Positions 8,018 through 16,844 are shown, numbered from the stretch's first letter. The stretch: DNA of 33,502 nt from an uncultured Bacillales bacterium (GCA_947303225.1 CAMYXG010000002.1:1-33502), one strand, 5' to 3'. Numbers and translations are program-made. Notes: generated by a model not told the origin, from the letters alone.

Positions 8018-11000
8018 TTATAGTCTATTTTGTCCAGATGAAACCTGGTCTTCATCAGCATTTGTATTTTGTTCTGACTTGTTTGGATGTAACGGATGTT
8101 CTTTTGCAAAATCTATTCTTAATTCTGCCATGTCTTCTCCTGTTAAGACATTATTTTTATCCTTTCTATTGATTACATAAGCCATAAATCCCTTGCAATA
8201 GTCTATATAGTCTTCCAATATAGCTGCTATTAAAGGATCTTTACTTTTATATTGATTTAGTATTTTATCTAGCATTTCATATTCTAATAAGAAATTCATT
8301 GTTTGTTTACTTCGCATATTTACTAGAATAAATTGATTTAGTTGCCAGATTAACGTCGTAATATAATGACCTGCTATGTGCATATTCTCACTTTCTAGTT
8401 GCATTCTATCTTCAACTGAAAATAATCTCATATATTCTTCAACTTCTGTTGTTTTTTGGGTTTGTATTTCTTCTTGTTTAGGTGGATATATCCAAACTCT
8501 ATTTGGATTAATTGATCCTAGCTGAAATTTTCTATCAAGCCATTCCGTTGCAATGAGTTTTTTTGTTATTCTTATTTTCTCTTCTTCTTCTTTACTTGCT
8601 ATATTGGAATCGAATATATTACGATCAACACTTATGACAAAAAACTTACCTAGTTCTTTTGGAACTTTTAAATATCGATTTTCATTATATTGGTTTAATA
8701 GTTTTAGATTGGTTTTTAAATCTTTTAATTCTAAATAAATTTGTTCTTTTTCTTTGTCACTTATATCTTCTTTTAATAAATCTTTCTCTAAATCATTTAT
8801 TCGGCTTTCCCAATTCTCTATTAATTTTTCTACAAGGAATTCATTCCAATCTTTGTTCTTGAATAGTTTATATGGCTGTTCTGTAGTTATTGATCGTTTT
8901 CCTTCTTCTGCATGGTTTATAATAACATTGTTTTCTGAAATCGTTATTTCTTTTATCTCTTTTTTGATTTTGTGCTGTTTCTTATCAAAGATACATGCTA
9001 ATTCGCTACAATCTGAGACAAGGTAGTTTTCTATTGCTATTCTTGCTGCTTTATGCAAACTATTTATCACTTTAATGATATTAGAATCTAACACAATTGG
9101 ATCTTTAATATCAAAGCAAAAATATTCGTTTAATAACTCCACAAAGCTTTTACCAGGAGTTGCTATAATATCAAAAGATGGTTCTTTATAAGGGGATGTT
9201 GGATAAATTCCTAAACATCTTTGATTTAAAATATCTACTTTATCAGCATCTGTTGTAATTAATAATGGATATGTCATGAAGAAATGAATCATTTCCATAT
9301 TCTCTGTTTTACCTAGAATACTATTCTTATCGTCAGTAGAGTCACCACTAGTAGAGCTTTGTGCATCAGGGAAACTTTGAGCAGCAGTAGGTCTTGAGGA
9401 ATGATATGCTTTGAAGTCTGCTTGCATAGCTCTTGCAATATCAAAATCTTGTAGGTTATGCAACATCTGTTTTATTTCTTCAGAAGATACTTCTTCTATT
9501 TGTTTCAATTTATCCTGAGTTATTTTACCTCTGAGATTCTTACTTAGATCTCTTATTATTTTCATAATTCTTTCTACTGCATCATTTTCTCTTTCATCTA
9601 TATTTAAAGGTGTTTCTTCATTTGGATGATTTGTACCTTCTATAACATCTTTTCTAAATTCCCTAACTATTGTTTCAATTCTTTCTTGAGCTTCTTCTAG
9701 CTTTTTTGTTATTTCGCTCTTAGATTTGTCTAACAAGAATCCTTCATCATCTACTAAAGTAATATCTATTTTTTTAGATAAAGAATCTTTTATTCTTTCT
9801 CGTAGTTTTTTTTCTTGCTCATCTGAAATCATTAACGAAATCTCTAATGGTTCTGTTTCTGTTAAATCATTATGTTCTTGAATTACATTGGCTTGGGAGT
9901 ATTGTAGGTTCTCTTTGATTCCATTATTCATCTCGTCATCCATTTCGTCATCCATGTCATCATCCATGTCGTCACCTATGATTCTAGAGATGAATTGTTT
10001 CATGAATTGTAGTTCTTCTTGACGTATCTCTCTCTCTGTTTCATATGCCATAGCTCTTGAAGAAGAGTATAATGCATTAATATACTTATAAACATATTGT
10101 AACTCTTCTGTAAAATCATTACCAGAGCCCATAATATCTGTTATACTAAATATAGAATCAAATTCAGGCATATCTTTGTTTGAGATTTGATGAAAACGTA
10201 CAACAAGTGCTACTATAGCATTCAATACAAACTCTTTGCGTGCTTCTTCAGTTTCTAATTCTTGACTTTGGAATACTAGGGAACTTGCCAAAGCAAAATA
10301 GTATCCTGCACAAGCATGATCGAAACTACCTTCTTCTTCGATATCTCTTGCTATTTTTTCTTCGTCAGACATGATTGCATCTTTAAATGTATTAAAATGG
10401 GCAGCTTGATAGAATCTTCCAACATCATGAAGAAGTGCTGAAGTTAATGTAATCGTCTTTAATAGTTGAGCTCTTTCAGACGAAGAATCTTGTTTGCTGG
10501 CTTCCATCATATGATCAAAATCATATTGTGCTATATAAACGACTCGTGCAGAATGGCCAAATTTAATTTGCATGTTATATAGTCTCATTATTTGAGCTAG
10601 AAACCATTGATCTTCAATTGAATTTGGTTGGTTATTTTCATAACGATTGATGATATTAATTAATCTTTCTATAATATTTATTTTATCTCCTTCTAAATCT
10701 ACACCCATCATATTGAAAAATGGGATATATATATTTTGAAAAAGATTACTTAAGAAATCACTTGTTTCTATTTTCGGAAAAATTTCTAGTTCTATTGCTT
10801 CTCTTCTTAGTCTTTCTATTCCTAACCTTAAAATTTTTTGCTGCTCTTTTGCTTTTGCTATTTCACTTGTTCGATATTCTTCAGATATCATATCATTTGA
10901 TATTAGGTCATTTATTCTCTTCTCGACTTCTGCCAATCTTTTTTTTGCTTCTTCAATTATTTTGAAAGTATATTCAAATGATGATTGTGTTAGTTTATCT

Positions 11001-11632
11001 AATAACTTTTGTAATTTCTCTTTCTTTTCGCTTGAATCTACTTCTTCTATTTTTTTTGTTATACTTTGAATAGCTTTTTCTTTTTTTTCTTGTAATTTTT
11101 TCCATAGTTCAGCTATGTTCTTTTTTGCTTCTGTTAGTTGCTCTATCGCTTCTTCCATCTCACTTGCTCGATATTCTTCTGATATCATATCATTTGATTG
11201 CAATTCATTTATTTTGTTTGTTGCTTCTGTTATTTTGTCTTGTTCTTCTTCTATTTTTTTGAAAATACATTCTCCTATAATATTTCCATTTATTTGCTTT
11301 ATGACTTCTTTTATTTCTGCTTCATCCACTTCCTGTGTTTTTTGTTTAAAGAATGGAGAATATTGTTGTTGTTCTTTTGGTGTTTTACCTTCTGATTCTT
11401 TAATACTTTGTTCTGCTATTTCTTTCAATTCTTTCTTACATGATTCATAGTATTCTTCTAGTATACTCCATGCATACCCAATACTTTCATCACTTTCACC
11501 AATTGCTTGTAGCCATTCTATTGCTGCTGCTTCATCTGCTCCCATTATTCTTATTGCTTCTTGGTCAATTTTAGCAGAACTACTTGATGATAATTGTTCC
11601 ATAATCTTATTGTTCATATCATCATTTGTCAT
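8018..11632 (-). CDS. 1204-aa coiled-coil protein with an HD (HDIG-like) metal-dependent phosphohydrolase domain
   Basis: Motifs are GHSARV (H360), ALLHDVGRF (H402-D403), DHACAG (H439), RFHQ (H481) and DADKVD (aa 795-800). There is an N-terminal repeat of about 99 aa and an acidic DDM repeat. GGAGGTG RBS, and an ATGA overlap with the upstream gene. Confidence 0.7.
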   Translation of the reverse strand: MTNDDMNNKIMEQLSSSSSAKIDQEAIRIMGADEAAAIEWLQAIGESDESIGYAWSILEEYYESCKKELKEIAEQSIKESEGKTPKEQQQYSPFFKQKTQEVDEAEIKEVIKQINGNIIGECIFKKIEEEQDKITEATNKINELQSNDMISEEYRASEMEEAIEQLTEAKKNIAELWKKLQEKKEKAIQSITKKIEEVDSSEKKEKLQKLLDKLTQSSFEYTFKIIEEAKKRLAEVEKRINDLISNDMISEEYRTSEIAKAKEQQKILRLGIERLRREAIELEIFPKIETSDFLSNLFQNIYIPFFNMMGVDLEGDKINIIERLINIINRYENNQPNSIEDQWFLAQIMRLYNMQIKFGHSARVVYIAQYDFDHMMEASKQDSSSERAQLLKTITLTSALLHDVGRFYQAAHFNTFKDAIMSDEEKIARDIEEEGSFDHACAGYYFALASSLVFQSQELETEEARKEFVLNAIVALVVRFHQISNKDMPEFDSIFSITDIMGSGNDFTEELQYVYKYINALYSSSRAMAYETEREIRQEELQFMKQFISRIIGDDMDDDMDDEMDDEMNNGIKENLQYSQANVIQEHNDLTETEPLEISLMISDEQEKKLRERIKDSLSKKIDITLVDDEGFLLDKSKSEITKKLEEAQERIETIVREFRKDVIEGTNHPNEETPLNIDERENDAVERIMKIIRDLSKNLRGKITQDKLKQIEEVSSEEIKQMLHNLQDFDIARAMQADFKAYHSSRPTAAQSFPDAQSSTSGDSTDDKNSILGKTENMEMIHFFMTYPLLITTDADKVDILNQRCLGIYPTSPYKEPSFDIIATPGKSFVELLNEYFCFDIKDPIVLDSNIIKVINSLHKAARIAIENYLVSDCSELACIFDKKQHKIKKEIKEITISENNVIINHAEEGKRSITTEQPYKLFKNKDWNEFLVEKLIENWESRINDLEKDLLKEDISDKEKEQIYLELKDLKTNLKLLNQYNENRYLKVPKELGKFFVISVDRNIFDSNIASKEEEEKIRITKKLIATEWLDRKFQLGSINPNRVWIYPPKQEEIQTQKTTEVEEYMRLFSVEDRMQLESENMHIAGHYITTLIWQLNQFILVNMRSKQTMNFLLEYEMLDKILNQYKSKDPLIAAILEDYIDYCKGFMAYVINRKDKNNVLTGEDMAELRIDFAKEHPLHPNKSEQNTNADEDQVSSGQNRL
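9929..9976 (-). repeat. four tandem 12-nt units encoding the acidic DDMDDDMDDEMDDEM tract
   Basis: catctcgtcatc / catttcgtcatc / catgtcatcatc / catgtcgtcacc are read directly from the plus strand. The units are in frame within 8018..11632. Confidence 0.9.
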
Positions 11633-12108
11633 GCATTATACACCTCCTTTTCAAGATTTTCATATAATTTTGTTGCTTCTTCATAAAACATTTCTAAAAA
11701 TTTTATCTTGTTCATTAATACTCCATTTCTATAATTATCTTCCTGAGCAAATGCTTTTGGAAGTGTCATTCTTGCTTTTTTTAAACTTTCTAGGAAGTCA
11801 GTATTCCTTTCTAAATTACGATATACTTTTATAGCATCTGATGATGAAAAAGTAGTTTCTTGATTTTTAGAAAGTTCTTCTATCATTAAAAACAATCCTG
11901 ATTTATGAATAATATCTATCCATCTTTTTAAAGCAAAAAATTGTTCTTCATATTCTTCTTTTGATTGAATATCTTGAATCCAAGAAAATAAATTTATTTT
12001 TATTTTTTTTATGTTTTCATATTGTATATCATCCGTTAGGACATATTTTGTCATTGCATATATAGCATCTTCTCCTATTTGATGCTTCCATTCAAGTAGA
12101 TTATTCAT
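11629..12108 (-). CDS. hypothetical helical protein (159 aa)
   Basis: AGGAGG RBS. Its stop overlaps the start of the HD-protein gene (ATGA). No recognisable motif. Confidence 0.65.
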   Translation of the reverse strand: MNNLLEWKHQIGEDAIYAMTKYVLTDDIQYENIKKIKINLFSWIQDIQSKEEYEEQFFALKRWIDIIHKSGLFLMIEELSKNQETTFSSSDAIKVYRNLERNTDFLESLKKARMTLPKAFAQEDNYRNGVLMNKIKFLEMFYEEATKLYENLEKEVYNA

Positions 12109-12131
12109 TACTTTATCCTCCTATTTCTTTT

Positions 12132-13091
12132 TTATTTTAATTCTACTTTATTTTCTTCTGCATGCTCAACCATCTCTTCTGCATGAAATGTTATTCCCAT
12201 TAAGTTTCTTCCTTCTCTATCTGTTGGAACTCCGTCTACTCTAGAATGATAACTTCTGGCATTTGAAAAATAATTTTCATCAAACAAGGTATTATTTGGA
12301 TCAAAATAGATGTGATCTGTTGAGACTCCGCTTGCTATTATTTGATCATAAACTTTGTCTCCATAGTGAATGATAAACTTTCCATCGATTTCTTCTATAT
12401 ATCCTTGCCATTCTTCACGAATTCCAATAATATTTCCTTCTTCATCTTTTAATGCTGCGAATGGTGGCATTGTATCATAAGTCCATCCATCCATAGCAAA
12501 GGCGCCTACATATACTTCAATGTCTTCTATATTGGAACCGAAATGTTCTTGCATGTATTGAATAGATGATCCAATTAAGTCTTCTGTTGTTCGAGAAGCA
12601 TCTGAATGAGTTAGACCAATTACTTCTCTTTTTGGATCATAGAATCTTACTACAGCACAATCTGCTGCTGGAAATACTAGGGAAACACTTCTTCCAAATT
12701 CTTTTAAAATTCTATCATGAGTTTCTTTTGTCATAAAAATGGTATTGTATCTTTTATCGATATTCCAAATAGTTCCTTGTTTTCGATAGATTTCACTGTT
12801 GTAATATTCTACGAATTCTTCATATGTTATTTCATGGCATTCTTCTATTAATTTATCTTTTGCTGGTTGATCTGGCATGGCTAAATCATCTAATCCTACA
12901 CTGCTTGCATTTCCCATCAAATATCTGATACGGATCATAGCTTCTTTCATTTCTTCTGGAAAGAATCTTGGTGCTGTATTCCAACTGTAAATATGTGTTC
13001 CTGTTGTTCTCTTGGTTAAGGTAAATGGTACAGCTGTATGTGTTCTTAAATATTCTAAATTAACTTCTAATTCATTTATTGGATTTTTCAT
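12132..13091 (-). CDS. divergent YfiH/PgeF/LACC1-like (DUF152, Cu-oxidase_4 fold) protein
   Basis: A by-eye alignment to E. coli YfiH matches three regions. ETHD aligns with QVHG. FPAADCAVV aligns with MTADCLPV. IGLTHSDASR aligns with AAVHAGWRG. The C-terminal FSNARS...EGRNLMGITF aligns with FSYRRD..TGRMASFIW. The His/Cys/His positions are retained. Confidence 0.55.
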   Translation of the reverse strand: MKNPINELEVNLEYLRTHTAVPFTLTKRTTGTHIYSWNTAPRFFPEEMKEAMIRIRYLMGNASSVGLDDLAMPDQPAKDKLIEECHEITYEEFVEYYNSEIYRKQGTIWNIDKRYNTIFMTKETHDRILKEFGRSVSLVFPAADCAVVRFYDPKREVIGLTHSDASRTTEDLIGSSIQYMQEHFGSNIEDIEVYVGAFAMDGWTYDTMPPFAALKDEEGNIIGIREEWQGYIEEIDGKFIIHYGDKVYDQIIASGVSTDHIYFDPNNTLFDENYFSNARSYHSRVDGVPTDREGRNLMGITFHAEEMVEHAEENKVELK

Positions 13092-13103
13092 ACTATTCTC
13101 CTC

Positions 13104-13478
13104 CTAATATAATTTTGATCCTGCTGGAATTGTATCGTCTACTATCATTAGATTTAATCTTTCTTCTCCATCAACATTATGAACTGCAGACATAAGCATT
13201 CCACACGAATCGATTCCCATCATATTTCTTGGTGGTAAATTCAGAATGGCAATAACTTTCTTTCCTACTAATTCTTCTGGTTCATAGTAGGAATGGATTC
13301 CACTTAAAATAATTCTTTCTTCTTCTGTTCCATCATCTAATACGAATTTTAATAGTTTTTTGCTTTTAGGAACTGCTTCACATTCCTTAATATGAACTAC
13401 TCTAAAGTCTGATTTAGAAAAGGTATCAAAATCTACATATTCTTTTGTTAATGGTTCTAATTCAATCATTTCTTCCAT
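13104..13478 (-). CDS. stand-alone tRNA-binding (OB-fold, CsaA/Trbp111/EMAP-like) domain protein
   Basis: FSKSDFRVVHIKECEAVPKSKKLLKFVLDDG...ILSGI...LVGKKVIAILNLPPRNMMGIDSCGMLMSA is the classic tRNA-binding-domain pattern. Start set at ATG 13478, after AGGAGA. Confidence 0.75.
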   Translation of the reverse strand: MEEMIELEPLTKEYVDFDTFSKSDFRVVHIKECEAVPKSKKLLKFVLDDGTEEERIILSGIHSYYEPEELVGKKVIAILNLPPRNMMGIDSCGMLMSAVHNVDGEERLNLMIVDDTIPAGSKLY

Positions 13479-13488
13479 TTTGATTCTC

Positions 13489-14412
13489 CTATTCATTATT
13501 TTCATTTAATTCTTCTATTGATTTTTTTAATATACTAATAGAATTTTTTAGTTTTTCTGTTTCATTTTCTGTTAAATTAAAATGTATCTTTTTCTCTGCT
13601 CCGTTTTTATTGATAATACTTGGTAAGCCAATATAAATATCATTTGTTGGATCATAAGTAGAAACTACCATAACAGTATTCTCATCCCCTAAAATAGCAT
13701 TGGTAATCCTAACTAAACACATTCCAATTCCATAATAGGTTGCTCCTTTTGCTTTAATGATTTTATATGCAGCATCTTTTACTTCATCTTGAATTTCTTC
13801 TTGATCTTCTTTTGTTATAAAATCTGTAATAGGTTGAAGTGCTACATTGACATTACTCCATGGAATGAATTCAGAATCTCCATGTTCTCCTATGACATAA
13901 CCATGTACATTGGATGGAGATACTCCTATTTTGCTTGCTACTAAGTATTTTAATCTTGCTGTATCTAGTGTTGTTCCACTTCCTATTACTCTTTCTTTTG
14001 GTAAATTAGAATATTGTTGTGTTAAATAAGTCATGATATCGACTGGATTGGTAGCAATTAAGAAGACTCCATCGAATCCATTTGACATTACTTCTGTAAT
14101 GATACTTTTAAAAATGGAAGCATTTTTCTTTAATAAGTCTAGTCTTGTTTCTCCTTCTTTTTGATTTACTCCTGCTGCTAGAACAATTAAAGAGGCATCC
14201 CTGCAGTCTGAATATTCTCCTACTTTTATTTTCATTTTAGATGGAGAAAATGCTAGACAATGATTTAGGTCCATTACTTCTCCTTCTACTCGTTCTTTAT
14301 TTAAATCGATTAAAGCTAATTCGTTGACATAAGTTCTTTGATTTAATAAAGCATAAGCATAACTCATGCCAACATTTCCACATCCTATGATGACTACTTT
14401 TTTATTTTTCAT
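13489..14412 (-). CDS. ldh: L-lactate dehydrogenase
   Basis: Rossmann motif KVVIIGCGNVG, plus NPVD, GSGTTLDTAR and the catalytic IGEHGDSE. Start set at ATG 14412 (GGAG RBS); the track start is a TTG. Confidence 0.9.
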   Translation of the reverse strand: MKNKKVVIIGCGNVGMSYAYALLNQRTYVNELALIDLNKERVEGEVMDLNHCLAFSPSKMKIKVGEYSDCRDASLIVLAAGVNQKEGETRLDLLKKNASIFKSIITEVMSNGFDGVFLIATNPVDIMTYLTQQYSNLPKERVIGSGTTLDTARLKYLVASKIGVSPSNVHGYVIGEHGDSEFIPWSNVNVALQPITDFITKEDQEEIQDEVKDAAYKIIKAKGATYYGIGMCLVRITNAILGDENTVMVVSTYDPTNDIYIGLPSIINKNGAEKKIHFNLTENETEKLKNSISILKKSIEELNENNE

Positions 14413-14423
14413 ATTATCTCCTT

Positions 14424-15611
14424 TTACATTAAATTCTTTATTGCCCAATTATAGACAGATTTTGAAACGGTTCCTCTAGTATCTCCATCTACATGAAAAT
14501 TAAATCCTAATAGTGCGATATAATATCTTTTTCCTTTATGATTAAATCCCCATATTCCATGCTTATAAGCTTGAGTTCCACTTTTAATATAGAATAAACC
14601 ATTATTATTTCTTCCTCCAATTCCGGAAGCGAAGTACTCATCTTTCATAGCAACTGTTGTTACTAGTACTAAATCACTTGCTGTTATTCCAAATGTTCCC
14701 TTTGAAATACCATTTCCATCAAATTCTCCCCATCTATTGGCTCCATAGTTATAGTTTACTCCACTAGAACTAACTAGCTTTGTTCTTTTACAACCTACTT
14801 CCATTAAATATTCATTGATTTTATCCATTCCTTTATTATAAGCATCTGCATCTGATGATGTATTATAATATTTTTTTCCGATAGCAATCGCTATATTAGC
14901 CGTTGTTATGTTTGATGAACCTGGGAAATCTTTTGTAGCTGCCTGGGAAACTGTTAATCTTTGGCCTACTTTTACGTCTGGGTCTCCCATATATGGCATA
15001 TTTTGAGCATACTGTGTACTGATAATAATATCTTGAGTTGGATCTAGTAGTTTTACCGCAGCTAGTCCTGTAAATACTTTCGTGGTAGATCCTCCTTCTC
15101 TTAATAAGTCCGGATCTTTTTCTGCTAAAATATTTCCATTATCATCTGCTATTACGACACTTAAATTACTATGGGGAGCTCCTGCTAATACTGATGATGG
15201 AATGCTTTTAGCATTTGTATTGTTCATACTAACTCCAGAGCCACCTTTTTCATAATCGGAAGCATTTCCATAAATTTTTTGTTTTTCTTTTCCACTAATA
15301 TCAATATAATCTGTTCCTATTGATATTTGTCCTGAAACGTTATTCCAACAATAACTTATATTATTAGTTTCTCCTAATAATAGCATAATTGCATTTACAA
15401 TAACTGGAACAAAGAATACAATTGCTGCAGCTAAGAATTGATTAATTATTTTTTTGATACCATTTTTTTCTTCTGGATTTTTGACTAATTTTATAAATGA
15501 AATTGTTCCAAATACTATTAATAATATTGGTACAAATATTTGTATCAATGTCATAATATTTTTTACAATAGTTAGTATTGCACTCAATGTTGTATCATCA
15601 CAATTATTCAT
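14424..15611 (-). CDS. membrane protein: two-TM N-terminal module fused to a penicillin-binding/beta-lactamase-fold (DD-peptidase-like) domain
   Basis: Carries SxxK (GGSTTK), SxN (GSSNIT) and K[ST]G (IKSGT) motifs, with spacing similar to class A/S11 enzymes. Two N-terminal TM helices are flanked by conserved Cys residues. It is a paralog of the next gene. Confidence 0.6.
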   Translation of the reverse strand: MNNCDDTTLSAILTIVKNIMTLIQIFVPILLIVFGTISFIKLVKNPEEKNGIKKIINQFLAAAIVFFVPVIVNAIMLLLGETNNISYCWNNVSGQISIGTDYIDISGKEKQKIYGNASDYEKGGSGVSMNNTNAKSIPSSVLAGAPHSNLSVVIADDNGNILAEKDPDLLREGGSTTKVFTGLAAVKLLDPTQDIIISTQYAQNMPYMGDPDVKVGQRLTVSQAATKDFPGSSNITTANIAIAIGKKYYNTSSDADAYNKGMDKINEYLMEVGCKRTKLVSSSGVNYNYGANRWGEFDGNGISKGTFGITASDLVLVTTVAMKDEYFASGIGGRNNNGLFYIKSGTQAYKHGIWGFNHKGKRYYIALLGFNFHVDGDTRGTVSKSVYNWAIKNLM

Positions 15612-15627
15612 AATTCTTTTCCTTCTT

Positions 15628-16824
15628 TTATTTTATTAAATTAGTAATGGCCCAATTATGTAAATCATTTACTACTTTATATTTATCATCTCCAGCATCG
15701 CAATTGATTCCTAATTGTGAGATATAATATCTTTTCCCTTTATAATTAAATCCCCATATTCCGTGACATTGATATCCAGTACCACTTTTTACAAAGAATA
15801 ATCCTTCATTATTTCTTCCTCTAATTCCAGATGAAAAATATTCTTCTTTCATTGCTTCTATGGTTACTATTGCTAGGTCATTTGCTGTATGTCCATCTTC
15901 ACATCCATCTCTTGGTAATCCATTTGGAAAAAATCTCATATGACCTTTTGGATAAAAATCTAGGCCACTAGTATTTCCTAAATGAGTATCAGCAAGATTC
16001 ATATCGCTATAAAATTCATTTATTTTTTTCATTCCTTTATGAAAAGCATCTTCATCTGATGAACAATTATAATACTTTCTTCCTACTGCAACAGCGATAT
16101 CTGTTGCTGTTGTATTAGAAGATCCTGGAAAATTATAGGTAGCTGCTTTTGGAATAGAAAACTTATTTCCAACTCCAATAGGGGCTCCATTCCATTTTCC
16201 AACTGCATCTACTGCAAATTGTGTTCCTGTTATTACATCTGTTTCTGGGTCTAGTAGTTTAATAGCTGCATATCCTGCAAAGACTTTGGTGGTGGAACCT
16301 CCTTCTCTTCTAACTAGTGCTTTTCTTTCAGCAAGAACATAACCTTCTTCATCTGTTATCACGATACTTGGATCACTATGTGTGGCATTTTTTAATACAT
16401 CATTTGGTACTTCTACTGCATTACTATAGTTTAGATGTACTCCCCCTATTTCATAATCTTCTGCATTTGGTAGAATTTTGTTTTTTTCTTTACCATTAAT
16501 TTGTATATATTCTGCATTATTTGATATTCTGTCATTTGCATTTATCCAACACTTACTAATATCATTTCCATCTCCTAGCATCATCATAACTGTATTTACA
16601 ATAACTGGAATAAAGAATATGATTGCTGCTGCTAGAAACTGATTGATTATTTTTTTGATACCATTTTTTTCTTCTGGATTTTTGACTAGTTTTATAAGTG
16701 AAATTGTAGCAAATATCATTAATAGTATTGGTATAATGATTTGTATCAGTAACAAAATATTTTTTACGATGCTTAAAACTGATTGCAGAGAAGAATCGTT
16801 ACAAGTAGTTACTATTTCATTCAT
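15628..16824 (-). CDS. membrane protein: two-TM N-terminal module fused to a penicillin-binding/beta-lactamase-fold domain (tandem paralog)
   Basis: Has the same architecture (GGSTTK, GSSNTT, VKSGT). A 42-nt stretch (16647-16688) is identical to 15446-15487 in the neighbouring gene. Confidence 0.6.
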   Translation of the reverse strand: MNEIVTTCNDSSLQSVLSIVKNILLLIQIIIPILLMIFATISLIKLVKNPEEKNGIKKIINQFLAAAIIFFIPVIVNTVMMMLGDGNDISKCWINANDRISNNAEYIQINGKEKNKILPNAEDYEIGGVHLNYSNAVEVPNDVLKNATHSDPSIVITDEEGYVLAERKALVRREGGSTTKVFAGYAAIKLLDPETDVITGTQFAVDAVGKWNGAPIGVGNKFSIPKAATYNFPGSSNTTATDIAVAVGRKYYNCSSDEDAFHKGMKKINEFYSDMNLADTHLGNTSGLDFYPKGHMRFFPNGLPRDGCEDGHTANDLAIVTIEAMKEEYFSSGIRGRNNEGLFFVKSGTGYQCHGIWGFNYKGKRYYISQLGINCDAGDDKYKVVNDLHNWAITNLIK

Positions 16825-16844
16825 ACAATATACTCCTCTATTGT

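Noticed and set aside
8553-11450. Seven plus-strand ORFs inside the HD-protein gene (8553..8738, 8659..8862, 8754..9026, 10720..10965, 11115..11450, 11198..11395, 11610..11834).
   Set aside because: They are low-complexity antisense translations of a Lys/Glu-rich coiled-coil gene, with no independent support.
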